Shown here piece after piece: positions 18,966-31,162 of a stretch of 64,000 nt of DNA; the first letter of the stretch is position 1; every line of letters begins with the position of its first letter. The position numbers and the translations under genes were made by a program. This DNA is from a virus. The notes below the pieces were generated by a model, which saw only the letters and a program-made list of their open reading frames with translations, was not told the origin of the DNA and did not search any database. The stretch spans positions 8,542 through 72,541 of the IMG/VR virus record IMGVR_UViG_3300023174_004481. The stretch is one strand, 5' to 3'.

Positions 18966-19817
18966 TTATATGAAATATTTTAAAGATATTCTAGAGTTTA
19001 TAACATCATTAACCTTAACATTGTAATTTTTGCTCATTAAAAATCCAGATTTTAATTGGAAATTAATTCCAGTTGGATTGGTTTGTATACCAGATAATCC
19101 AGATAATATAATATTAGTATCTTCTATTATGTTATTTATATTTCTTATGTTTAAATTATATACGTCTAATTCCGCTGATAAATCAATCTGCTCTTTGCTA
19201 AATACTACTCTATGTGGATAAGTTTCATTGATATTATAAATGGGGGTTATATCTGCTTTGTATGTAAAATCTAATTTTTTAACGTCATGATTACTAAATT
19301 CATTAAAATTATCATTAAAATATATATTAGCCAATGATCCATGTGCATATGAATTTGTATTTACTCCAGTAACTCCAGTATAACTTATTGGTAAAGATCC
19401 AGTAAAACTATTACTTCCAAAATTAAAAAATACAAATTCTGCTTGATTTTTAACTAAAGAATGAGGATCAATTGACATACCAAAAGATCTTAAATATCCA
19501 GATGTAAAAGTACTATTTCCACATTTTATTGAAAAATTATTTTTTTGACCAGATTGTAATAAAATATTATTTAAAAAAATATAATCATTTGGTATTTGAC
19601 TTATAAAATTAATAGATATTACAGAAGTTGCACCATTACTATTAACTCCTCTGTATGGAGTTTTTCTTTCTATTTGAAATGAAAAATCTGCATTTGGATT
19701 TACATCTATAACTAAATTATCTGCTACGCAATCATATGAATAGTAATTAGTTTCGGAAGAACCACTTGTAGTAAAACGATCTATCTGTATTGGAAGATTT
19801 TTATATGAATAAAACAT
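18966..19817 (-). CDS. Tail tube-like / distal tail protein
   Basis: Tube-fold pattern (SGYLRSFGMSIDP; LDFTYKADITPIY.I...P); paralogous to 19817..20632. Confidence 0.55.
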   Translation of the reverse strand: MFYSYKNLPIQIDRFTTSGSSETNYYSYDCVADNLVIDVNPNADFSFQIERKTPYRGVNSNGATSVISINFISQIPNDYIFLNNILLQSGQKNNFSIKCGNSTFTSGYLRSFGMSIDPHSLVKNQAEFVFFNFGSNSFTGSLPISYTGVTGVNTNSYAHGSLANIYFNDNFNEFSNHDVKKLDFTYKADITPIYNINETYPHRVVFSKEQIDLSAELDVYNLNIRNINNIIEDTNIILSGLSGIQTNPTGINFQLKSGFLMSKNYNVKVNDVINSRISLKYFI

Positions 19818-20632
19818 TAATAATATTTTGTAAATCTTCTTCTAGTTGTAGTAATTCCATCTACAGCGCTACTTCCTTCTATGGTCGTGCTCTGTGCACC
19901 ACTTATTAGCATCGAATAACTTGATCCAGGGCAACACAATGGCTCAATTGCAAAAGTTATAACTCTCGAATCTCCAGTATAAACTACTCTTCTATACAAA
20001 GCTTCACTCATCTCGAACTCTTCCGATGCACCATTGAATTTTACGGTTCTTGGTATTTGAGTATTTAAAACTTTAACTGGTAGATATTCTGCTTTAAAAC
20101 TATAAGATAAATTAAATAGATTAGTATAATCTTCCGTTTGCCCAAGAAAACTATTTGGAGTGGCATTAATTGCGGCTCTTGATCCATGTAAAAAATTAGA
20201 ATTTAAAGATTGTTGAGTTGTGTACGTTCCAATCTGTCCAGTTGGAGGAAAAAAAGTAAAGAACGATGCTTGTGCATTTACAATTTTATCAGGCTCTACT
20301 GTAAAAGAAAAACTATCTAAATAACATCCAGTGAATCTTAAACCAGCAATATCTATATCTCCACTTGGCGGAACATCTGTAAAATTATTTTTCATATTAT
20401 CTATGAAGCTTTTTACAAGATCATCATTTTGAATATTGTATTGAAAAGAAATATTATGAGTAACTACATCATTAGGTACTTGAGAATAAAATGCTTGTCT
20501 CTTTCCAAGTGATTTAACTTGTGTTATATTATTGGTTGTAGAGAATGTTATATTTGTTGCTGGTATTCCCCCAGTAACTCCATTACATAACAATCTAACT
20601 GGTGTATATTTAAAAGAATAAACGTCACTCAT
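19817..20632 (-). CDS. Tail tube-like / distal tail protein
   Basis: CYLDSFSFTVEP..IVNAQASF, FLHGS, LSYSFKAEY.PV; paralogue of the adjacent gene. Confidence 0.55.
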   Translation of the reverse strand: MSDVYSFKYTPVRLLCNGVTGGIPATNITFSTTNNITQVKSLGKRQAFYSQVPNDVVTHNISFQYNIQNDDLVKSFIDNMKNNFTDVPPSGDIDIAGLRFTGCYLDSFSFTVEPDKIVNAQASFFTFFPPTGQIGTYTTQQSLNSNFLHGSRAAINATPNSFLGQTEDYTNLFNLSYSFKAEYLPVKVLNTQIPRTVKFNGASEEFEMSEALYRRVVYTGDSRVITFAIEPLCCPGSSYSMLISGAQSTTIEGSSAVDGITTTRRRFTKYY

Positions 20633-20774
20633 TAGTTAAAATTACACTTTAAAGTGTTTATTAAGAATATAAAATTAGCCATATTATTCTGTCGTTGCTT
20701 ACGCAATGTCCTGTTATTTTGTAAAGTTTCTCCCGAAAACAGTTAAAATATTCAGTCTGATAGGTTTTTTAAAT

Positions 20775-21035
20775 CAATTTATTAATATTTTCAATTTTAA
20801 ATGAAAATTTACTTATTGTTACCAATAAGATTGGACTATATCTTATTTATATTGCTATAAATTCGGGCGCTCGTGTCTCTTTTATTGTTGCGGTAACTCA
20901 AGAATTAGTCTCTACACCTTCTTATATCTTTATATCCGCGATATAAGCTTGGCTCGGTATTGTCCTAAATATGTCAAAGAACTATTTTTTATTTTTAGGG
21001 TTTCCACCGAATTCACCCGATAGGGCCAATTCATT
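20775..21035 (-). ncRNA. Group I intron-type ribozyme core, free-standing in an intergenic region
   Basis: On the minus strand: P3 UCGGGUG (21020-21014) pairs with CGCCCGA (20869-20863); P AAUUCGGUGGAAAC; Q AAUACCGAGCCAAG; R GAAGGUGUAGAGACU; S AAGAUAUAGUCC (20844-20833); P8 AUUUAUA-GCAA-UAUAAAU; P9 CUUAUUG-GUAA-CAAUAAG; candidate omega-G at 20775. Confidence 0.9.
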
Positions 21036-21040
21036 AGTAT

Positions 21041-21046
21041 TTACAC
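21041..21046 (-). promoter_or_regulatory. GTGTAA late-promoter motif directly upstream of the ribozyme core
   Basis: Same motif as in front of the virion genes, but no ORF follows it. Confidence 0.6.
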
Positions 21047-21074
21047 CAATTATTGGTTATTTATTTTAATAAAT

Positions 21075-24000
21075 TTAACAAAGAGAGGGTAATGATATAA
21101 AATTAGCGGGCCAAGGTGAGGTTGAAAATGGATAACCATTTTTGCTTGGACAATAATAAATATTAGCATTATAAGGCATTGGGAAATAGCCAACGCTAGG
21201 TGCATTTCCAAGGAAGTATACGTTTACAGGCCCAGGTGGTATATGAGCAAAAGCATAATCTTGGATACTTATTATTGTAGATGGAATAGTAATATTAGTT
21301 AATCCTGTACAATTAGTAAATGCATTGGTTGCTATAACTAATAAATTATTACCCAAATTTATACCAGTTAATTCGGAACAATTAACAAATGCGGCTACTC
21401 TAATATATTGAATACCATTTCCCATGTTCGCATATTTTAATTTACCACAATTAGCAAATGCCATATCTTGAATATCTATGAGATTATTTCCAATAGTATT
21501 TACTCCTGTTAATTCAGGACAATCGGCAAATGCAACTGTTTCCAAGTTTATTACGCTATTAGGTATAGTTAAAGATTTTAATTTTTGACAAGAACGAAAT
21601 GCGCCGAGTCCTATATTAGATACTCCATTTCCAAGATTTATATTTTCTAATTCTATACATGACCTAAACGCATACATTCCAATACCAGTGCAAGTATCAG
21701 GTATAGTTAAAGATTTTAATTTTTCACAAGAATCAAATGCACGGGTTTTAATATTATTTAGAGTATTTGAAAGAACAACGCCACTTAAGTTAGAGCAATA
21801 AGCAAATACGTCTTCATTAATTGTAGTTATGCCGTTTCCAATTATAACACCAGTTAATCCTGTGCAATAATAAAAAGCGTTAGACTCAATACTAGTAACA
21901 GTATTTGGAATTGTAATATTTTTAATTTTTACATAAGGATTAGACGCAAAAGCATAATCTTGAATAGTATTCACTTCCCTTCCAATATCAACTCCAGTTA
22001 AATCTTTACCAAAAGTAACACCATAGTCACTAAATGTAATTGTGGAATTCGAATGTGTAGAAACACTTCCATTTGAATAATAAAAAGTAGTGTTGGCAGG
22101 ACCAGGAGTAGTTGTTGTAGTTGTAGTTGTAGTAGTTGGTCCAACTGTAGTTGTAGTGCTAGTTGTTACCCCAGGACAAGAAGCGCTATAGCTATAATAT
22201 ACTCCATAACTACAATCTTCTGTATTTAAAATTTTAACATTAACAGTTAAATTATTTATTCCTGCTAATTTTGCAAATGAGAATGTTCCAGAAGAATTTG
22301 TTGTTCTTGATAATATTTTTACGCTATTATAATACAATTCAAACAATAATTCATATCCATTATCAGAAGAGTATGTAAAAATTATATTTCCAGTAGAAGT
22401 AGTTCCTAAATTTAGTAATCTTCTATGATTACAATAATAATCTACAAAATTAGTATCATCTGAATCAGTATAAGTAATTCCACAAGATCCATTTAATTCT
22501 ATTGGAGCAAGAGTTGTTGTTGTTGTAGTCGTTGTTGTTGTGGTTGTGGTTGTTGTTCTAGAACAATTTATACTATATTCATAATTATATTCATCACAAA
22601 ATCCGTCTTCTGGACCATCAATAGCTACAATAACTTTATCATACGCATCATTTTTAATAAAAGAATATGAACCATTATTATTTGAAATTATTGATGTTCC
22701 ATTATTAGAACTAACATAAGAGGTTCCATCCACAATATCAACTTTAATAAGTAATACGCTATTAGTTACATTTAAATTATAAATATAAAATGTTAAATTA
22801 GAAGTGCTGTACCAATTAAAAGTTAATATTCCATTTTGACTTCCAACATTTACTTCTCTAGCACCATAACATCTTCCAGGTAATGTTTTTCCATAATTCC
22901 ATATTTCATCTGATGTATAATATGTTGTATTACATGTTCCAAAAGTACAATAAGGCGCGAATGGATGTCTTGGAGTCGTTGTTGTAGTTGTGGTAGTTGT
23001 AGTTGTTGTCGTAGGAGGAGGAGTCGTGCTAGTGGTAGTAGTAGTTGTGGTCGTTGTCGTAGTAGTTATAATATAAGTATAAAATTTAGGATGACTTTTT
23101 CCTACAATCATAAAATATGCAACATCGTCTGATGCAATTGCAATCCAATTATCATTTTGTGAAGAAATTGTTACCTCTTGAAATGGTTCATCATTTCTGC
23201 TTACTAATATTTTATTTGTATCAGGTAAAACTAATGCTGGTTTGTTAATGGATATAACTCTAACTATGCCATCTTGCCATGATGTATTTCTATTATAATT
23301 AATAGTTTTTAAATCCGATAAAATATATGGACTAAAAGTTGAGCTGGTTTTCTTTTCCCAAGAATCGCCATAATCACTTATATAGTAAGATTCACTTGCA
23401 GACGTAATATTTAAATTTGTAAATTCATTTATAGTATTGTATATGCCTTTACTAATTTGATAACCATTACTAACAATTGGAGATTCACTAGTTTGAACCC
23501 AATTTATTCCATCTTCTGACCAAGCTGTTCTACCCAAAGAATCTATCACAATAAAACGACTATCTTTCGTAGCCACTCCAACCCAATATCCAACAAAAGG
23601 TAATGATCGTTTTGTCCAATTTATTCCATCTGTAGAAGTGGCGTAATTTACTCCATAAGCAAAACTTTCTCCACTATACGAAACCGCTACCCAAAGATTT
23701 AATGTATTATTATAAGCCGCAGCAGACCAATTTAAAGATGGCATTGAATTAGTAAAAGACCAATCTCTTCCATTTGATGAATACAATGCAAAATTACAAT
23801 TTCCATATAAATTAATATTACTATCTCCACAAAGTATTAAAAATTTTCCATTACCATAACAAATTCTTTTAACTTTACATTGATCTGGTAGAGTTGGTAA
23901 ACTAGCACTAGTCCAATCAATTTTATTTTCTGTGATATAAACTTTATTGTTATTTCCTAAAACTATCCAAGTATCAGTTGTCCCATTTTTTCCAAAAACA

Positions 24001-24674
24001 GCATCTATTGGTACTCCAGATGGATAAGGGGTCGTACTTGTGGTAGTGGTTGTTGTCGTAGTAGTTGTAGTAGTTGTGGTAGTTGTAGTCGATGTTATTG
24101 CATTACAAGGATCTATAGTTGTAGGAGTATTCGCAGCAACACATTGATTAAATATTTTTCGATCTGTAATTATATCATAAATTGTTATCCAATTCAATGC
24201 AGGATCACATTGTCCCAAACCAAAACCAGCATCTTCATTATTTTGTAATGCACATCTTAATTCAAATATTAATTGACCATCTACAGAACTAGAAGAAATT
24301 TGATTAATTTGTAATGGATTTAAAAGCAAATAATCATAAAGATCTCCACCACTAAGGTCTATATTATTTAAACTTACTTTTCCTAAATTTATATTATTAA
24401 TATAAATATAAAAATCAGAACCATCAGAATATCTGTATGCTGGACATGGCCCATTTGCATGATCATGTCTTATTTCAATATTTAAATTAGATAAACATGG
24501 ATTTGGAGTTGTGGTTGTGGTTGTGGTGGTTGTAGTTGTATTAGGTCCAATGGTAGTTGTAGTAGTAGTTGTGGTTGGAATTGGACCGCAACAGCTTAAA
24601 TAATCATTGCCATAAATATCTACTACTCCTGGTGGTAAGTATATTCTATTATCTGGGCCATTAATACAATCCAT
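21075..24674 (-). CDS. Multidomain virion/adhesin protein: Cys-rich modules, poly-Thr linkers, BNR-like propeller, C-terminal BspA-type LRR (LRR_5)
   Basis: Repeated S.DG..W motifs; IP..V..I...AF..C..L..I.IGN repeats; at least 6 Thr tracts. Confidence 0.8.
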   Translation of the reverse strand: MDCINGPDNRIYLPPGVVDIYGNDYLSCCGPIPTTTTTTTTIGPNTTTTTTTTTTTPNPCLSNLNIEIRHDHANGPCPAYRYSDGSDFYIYINNINLGKVSLNNIDLSGGDLYDYLLLNPLQINQISSSSVDGQLIFELRCALQNNEDAGFGLGQCDPALNWITIYDIITDRKIFNQCVAANTPTTIDPCNAITSTTTTTTTTTTTTTTTTTSTTPYPSGVPIDAVFGKNGTTDTWIVLGNNNKVYITENKIDWTSASLPTLPDQCKVKRICYGNGKFLILCGDSNINLYGNCNFALYSSNGRDWSFTNSMPSLNWSAAAYNNTLNLWVAVSYSGESFAYGVNYATSTDGINWTKRSLPFVGYWVGVATKDSRFIVIDSLGRTAWSEDGINWVQTSESPIVSNGYQISKGIYNTINEFTNLNITSASESYYISDYGDSWEKKTSSTFSPYILSDLKTINYNRNTSWQDGIVRVISINKPALVLPDTNKILVSRNDEPFQEVTISSQNDNWIAIASDDVAYFMIVGKSHPKFYTYIITTTTTTTTTTTTSTTPPPTTTTTTTTTTTTTPRHPFAPYCTFGTCNTTYYTSDEIWNYGKTLPGRCYGAREVNVGSQNGILTFNWYSTSNLTFYIYNLNVTNSVLLIKVDIVDGTSYVSSNNGTSIISNNNGSYSFIKNDAYDKVIVAIDGPEDGFCDEYNYEYSINCSRTTTTTTTTTTTTTTTLAPIELNGSCGITYTDSDDTNFVDYYCNHRRLLNLGTTSTGNIIFTYSSDNGYELLFELYYNSVKILSRTTNSSGTFSFAKLAGINNLTVNVKILNTEDCSYGVYYSYSASCPGVTTSTTTTVGPTTTTTTTTTTPGPANTTFYYSNGSVSTHSNSTITFSDYGVTFGKDLTGVDIGREVNTIQDYAFASNPYVKIKNITIPNTVTSIESNAFYYCTGLTGVIIGNGITTINEDVFAYCSNLSGVVLSNTLNNIKTRAFDSCEKLKSLTIPDTCTGIGMYAFRSCIELENINLGNGVSNIGLGAFRSCQKLKSLTIPNSVINLETVAFADCPELTGVNTIGNNLIDIQDMAFANCGKLKYANMGNGIQYIRVAAFVNCSELTGINLGNNLLVIATNAFTNCTGLTNITIPSTIISIQDYAFAHIPPGPVNVYFLGNAPSVGYFPMPYNANIYYCPSKNGYPFSTSPWPANFISLPSLC

Positions 24675-24702
24675 ATTTTAAATTACACACTTAATCATTT
24701 TT

Positions 24703-24731
24703 TTGAATTTTCTTAAAAAGATATATATAAT
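24703..24731 (+). promoter_or_regulatory. sigma70-like promoter for the inverted two-gene unit
   Basis: TTGAAT, 17-bp spacer, TATAAT; ATG at 24741. Confidence 0.65.
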
Positions 24732-24740
24732 TAGATATAC

Positions 24741-25157
24741 ATGAATATACCATTAAATTATGAATATTTATCTAAATTAGCTTTAGATCTTATACAAAAA
24801 AATCCTCAATTTAAGAATGAACTTCAAGCATTTGCGCCAGAAATTTATGCAGATATACAAAGTTATAGCACAAATCCAAACTGCTCTTGTAGGGCTAAAG
24901 TAGAAGCTTATATTAATAATAATAGAGAAATATCTGTTAATTTTATTAATAATTTTATAAATAACAACAATTTGACTATAGATCTAAAAGATATTGAAAA
25001 TAAATATAAAGTCGTTAATTATTCTGGTAAAGTAGAAAAAGTCAAAATATCAGAATGGCCAGCATTTAGAGATAAGATTGTAAACGAAAAAGCAGTGTAT
25101 AGAGCATTCTCTGTTGCGAATATAGATAATGAATACGTTAACGTATTCTTTTTATGA
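24741..25157 (+). CDS. Hypothetical protein with a CSC motif
   Basis: NPNCSCR; ATGA overlap with the next gene. Confidence 0.65.
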   Translation: MNIPLNYEYLSKLALDLIQKNPQFKNELQAFAPEIYADIQSYSTNPNCSCRAKVEAYINNNREISVNFINNFINNNNLTIDLKDIENKYKVVNYSGKVEKVKISEWPAFRDKIVNEKAVYRAFSVANIDNEYVNVFFL

Positions 25158-25441
25158 TATTTTTTGAACTTCTTACTTATATTATATTAAGTTTAGGAGT
25201 TAGTTTTGTTTGGAGTTTTTCTGATATATTTGCGCCAGTAAGAAATTTTATAGCTAAAATTCCATATATTAGGCGACCTTTATTATGTCCAGAATGTTCT
25301 AGTTTTTGGATGGGAATTTTTACTAGTTTATTCTATAATCCACTTTATAATATTCTTGGAATTTTTTCTTTTCCATTTTGTGGATTATCGACGCATCTTT
25401 TTGCTTGTTTTTTATATAAAGTATATTTTAAACTTAAATAA
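25154..25441 (+). CDS. Small membrane protein with CxxC (DUF1360-like)
   Basis: Hydrophobic segments; IF.PVR; LLCPECSSFW.G resembles the DUF1360 motif. Confidence 0.6.
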   Translation: MIFFELLTYIILSLGVSFVWSFSDIFAPVRNFIAKIPYIRRPLLCPECSSFWMGIFTSLFYNPLYNILGIFSFPFCGLSTHLFACFLYKVYFKLK

Positions 25442-25443
25442 AT

Positions 25444-26976
25444 TTATAATTTATAATCTATAGTTATTGGAAACACTGTTTCTTTGTCGGAAGTTTTAAC
25501 ATTTAAAAATGAAACAAATAATTGTCCAGATGGTATTTGCCCAGTATTTTTTATTGAAAAATATATATCATTTTGAAAACTTCCAGATTGGCCACTACAT
25601 ATAATGTTATGATAATTTGGTAATGATCCAGAAATGCCCGTTTCAAAATATACAGATCCAGATTTATTTAAAATTTTTATATTTTCATTAGAGGAATAAG
25701 CCTCCCAATACATACTTGATTCAATACATGGTTTAAAAAATCCAGAAGAAATTTTATTTAGACTTTTAGTTCCAGAAACTCCGCTGCCAATATTATAAAC
25801 ACTTAATCCTAAAGTTATTTTTGGATACAAACCACTTGCTCCAGTATATACTGGTATATGTGAACCAATATTATATGTTTTAAATCCATTTATATTTTCT
25901 AAATGAGATCCAGTATATTTAAAATAAAAATTATCAAAAGCTGATTTTGGATTATAATTATTTACTGTATAAACAATTGGTAAATTTAATCCAGTAATAT
26001 TGAAGCTGACATCAGGTTGATAAATTCCACTTATATTTATATATCCAGTATATTCTTTGTTTACTTGTAATCCATCTGTATTTATAGTATAACTTATGCT
26101 TTTTTTATTAAAAAATCTTTTTCTGTGAGGTTTTCTATATATTGATCCTGCTCTTACTAAGATTCCAGTTGATCTTCCACTTACGAAAGGAGATTCAATA
26201 TTTATTCTAGGACTTAAAGATTTTACATTATATTTAAAATTATAATTTCCAGTATTGCTGACGTTAAAAGTTCCAAATATTTTTTCTCCAATAATTCCAC
26301 TATGAAAAAATCTATGATTTTGATTATTTTCATCATTTAAATTAAAATAATTTTCTGCATTAACCTCTGTACCCACACTTAAATAAGCTGTTTTAGAATT
26401 AGTTCCAGGATTAGTGGAAAAATCTCCAGTAGATAAAAAGAATTGATACCTTAAAGTTCCTGGTGAAACTTTTTGTTTTTTAATTTTAAAATCATCTTCA
26501 GTTTGAATTACTCCACTATCACTAAATCTAGATATCATTATGCAATTTACTTCTTGACCAATTAAATCTCCTAAAGACCCACCTCCAGATATATAAACTT
26601 CATTATACCCAACTGCTGCACCAGTTACAGTATATTTATATCCATATTTTCCAGCTAAATTCGCGGGAATACCTTCATCTACTAAATCTCCACTAGAAGC
26701 AAATACGGTTTGACCCATATCTCCAACTTGAGTACCAGAATGTAAAATTAATTCAAATATATTTTTATATGGAAAAGAAAATATAGCTTTTGGTCTTGTT
26801 GGTGTCCAATATCCTAATACAGTTCTATCAAAAGTTTTATTATTATTTAAACTTGTAAAATTTTTTAATTTTATATAATCTCCAGAAAACGGAGGAGAAT
26901 CTACGATCCAAAAAGGGTTAGACTTTGTAGAAGCTACATTTAAAATTTCTATATTTGTTATATCTCCTGCTGGCAT
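25444..26976 (-). CDS. Putative virion structural protein, SG/TG-rich
   Basis: GTGTAA motif at 26994-26999; beta-rich; about 27 S/T-G dipeptides counted by eye. Confidence 0.6.
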   Translation of the reverse strand: MPAGDITNIEILNVASTKSNPFWIVDSPPFSGDYIKLKNFTSLNNNKTFDRTVLGYWTPTRPKAIFSFPYKNIFELILHSGTQVGDMGQTVFASSGDLVDEGIPANLAGKYGYKYTVTGAAVGYNEVYISGGGSLGDLIGQEVNCIMISRFSDSGVIQTEDDFKIKKQKVSPGTLRYQFFLSTGDFSTNPGTNSKTAYLSVGTEVNAENYFNLNDENNQNHRFFHSGIIGEKIFGTFNVSNTGNYNFKYNVKSLSPRINIESPFVSGRSTGILVRAGSIYRKPHRKRFFNKKSISYTINTDGLQVNKEYTGYINISGIYQPDVSFNITGLNLPIVYTVNNYNPKSAFDNFYFKYTGSHLENINGFKTYNIGSHIPVYTGASGLYPKITLGLSVYNIGSGVSGTKSLNKISSGFFKPCIESSMYWEAYSSNENIKILNKSGSVYFETGISGSLPNYHNIICSGQSGSFQNDIYFSIKNTGQIPSGQLFVSFLNVKTSDKETVFPITIDYKL

Positions 26977-27007
26977 AAATCTTTACCTTAAAATTACACT
27001 CATAAAA

Positions 27008-28270
27008 TTAAGCGCTAACTGTGAATTTAAGTGCCGTAGCTGTAGTACAACCTGGTGGAGGTGGCGGCGGTGGTGGTGGAGGTGGCGGCGGTGGTGGTGG
27101 AGGTGGTGGAGGTGGCGGAGGTGGCGGAGGTGGTGGTGGTCCTGGTGGCGGTGGCGGGGGTGGTGGAGGCGCGCCAGTCGTTGTTGTAGTTGTTGTAGTT
27201 GTAGGACAAGGAGTTGTAGTAGTTGTGGTGGTAGTTGTGCAAGCTGTATCACAACAATTATTATAATTAAATGTAAAAGTAAAGCTTTGTCCATTTGATC
27301 CATTATATATTCTAGAATCAAGAACACAAGAACTTGTTAATGCATTACCAACTTTTTTATATCCAATAAATTTAATAATACCTTCGTTGTTATTATTATT
27401 TACTTGTGTGTTTCTCATTTCAAGAGTATTTGTTGATAATTTCTTTATTAAACTTGGATTGAAATAATAAACATTCATTAAATCAATAGGACATGAAAAT
27501 CCTGCTCCTGCTCCTGATATATTAATGCTAGTATTTGTACTAGCTATAAATAATGAACCTACTTGAGCATTTTGATTCAAGTTTAATGCACCAATATAAC
27601 TATTATTTAAATAAACATTAAAATTATCATCTTTTGAAGCATTTTCATTACAAATTTGAATAGTCCAAATATCTATCAAACAAGGACAAGGAGCAATTGT
27701 AGTTGTAGTTGTAGTTGTAGTTGTTGGTGGAATAGGAGGTAATGTTGTTGTAGTAGTAGTCACAGGTGGACGACGAGTTGTAGTTGTAGTTGTGGTTGTC
27801 GTTCCTACTGAGATACAACACTCGTATGCTGGCCCACCAATAGGTGATTGTACAATTATTCCAGAAGGAATAAGACCAGATAAACCACTTGGACTTAAAT
27901 AATTTACTTCTGGAAAACAACAAAATTCACTTGATAAATCTAAACAATTTACTTGAGTTAATGGAGTTGTGGTAGTTGTTGTTGTTGTAGTTGTAGTTGT
28001 GCTTGGAGTAAAACAGTATCCACTTGGAAAATTGCTATAATCTAAACAATCTACTACTTCATAACATTCATAACAAGTTTTAATATTATTATAACAATCT
28101 TGTGTATAATTATAATTATTATCTCCTACTGGAAATGGAACTGGATATTTACCTTGATTAATACAATCTTGTGCAGTTTTTACTAATGGTGAATGATATG
28201 TTCCAGAGTAGGATGAGCAACCACAATCTCCTATAGTTGATTCTAAATCGTTGCATCTATTTATACTCAT
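27008..28270 (-). CDS. Cys-rich protein with poly-Thr and poly-Pro tracts
   Basis: GTGTAA at 28286-28291; the domain DDNFNVYLNN..IG.LNL resembles FYIYINN..LG.VSLN in 21075..24674. Confidence 0.7.
   Translation of the reverse strand: MSINRCNDLESTIGDCGCSSYSGTYHSPLVKTAQDCINQGKYPVPFPVGDNNYNYTQDCYNNIKTCYECYEVVDCLDYSNFPSGYCFTPSTTTTTTTTTTTTPLTQVNCLDLSSEFCCFPEVNYLSPSGLSGLIPSGIIVQSPIGGPAYECCISVGTTTTTTTTTRRPPVTTTTTTLPPIPPTTTTTTTTTIAPCPCLIDIWTIQICNENASKDDNFNVYLNNSYIGALNLNQNAQVGSLFIASTNTSINISGAGAGFSCPIDLMNVYYFNPSLIKKLSTNTLEMRNTQVNNNNNEGIIKFIGYKKVGNALTSSCVLDSRIYNGSNGQSFTFTFNYNNCCDTACTTTTTTTTTPCPTTTTTTTTTGAPPPPPPPPPGPPPPPPPPPPPPPPPPPPPPPPPPPPPPPGCTTATALKFTVSA
27053..27170 (-). repeat. CCN codon run encoding about 38 prolines broken by one Gly
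   Basis: (GGT/GGA/GGC)n on the + strand; a GC island in an AT-rich genome. Confidence 0.9.
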
Positions 28271-28376
28271 AATGTTATATTAAAATTACACTTATCTCAA
28301 CAATTACTAATAAAGCATGAATGATTTGATTAATGGGTTTAGAAGGAATAGTTATCATATGTTAAAAAATTATATT

Positions 28377-31157
<2,781 letters not shown>

Positions 31158-31162
31158 ATTTT

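Noticed and set aside
20633-21074. tRNA or protein exons flanking the group I core
   Set aside because: No cloverleaf halves were seen, all frames after the candidate omega-G close quickly, and both neighbouring genes appear complete.
28275-28358. 27-codon minus-strand ORF MITIPSKPINQIIHALLVIVEISVILI
   Set aside because: Too short, overlaps the late promoter motif and has no supporting signal; it could be chance.
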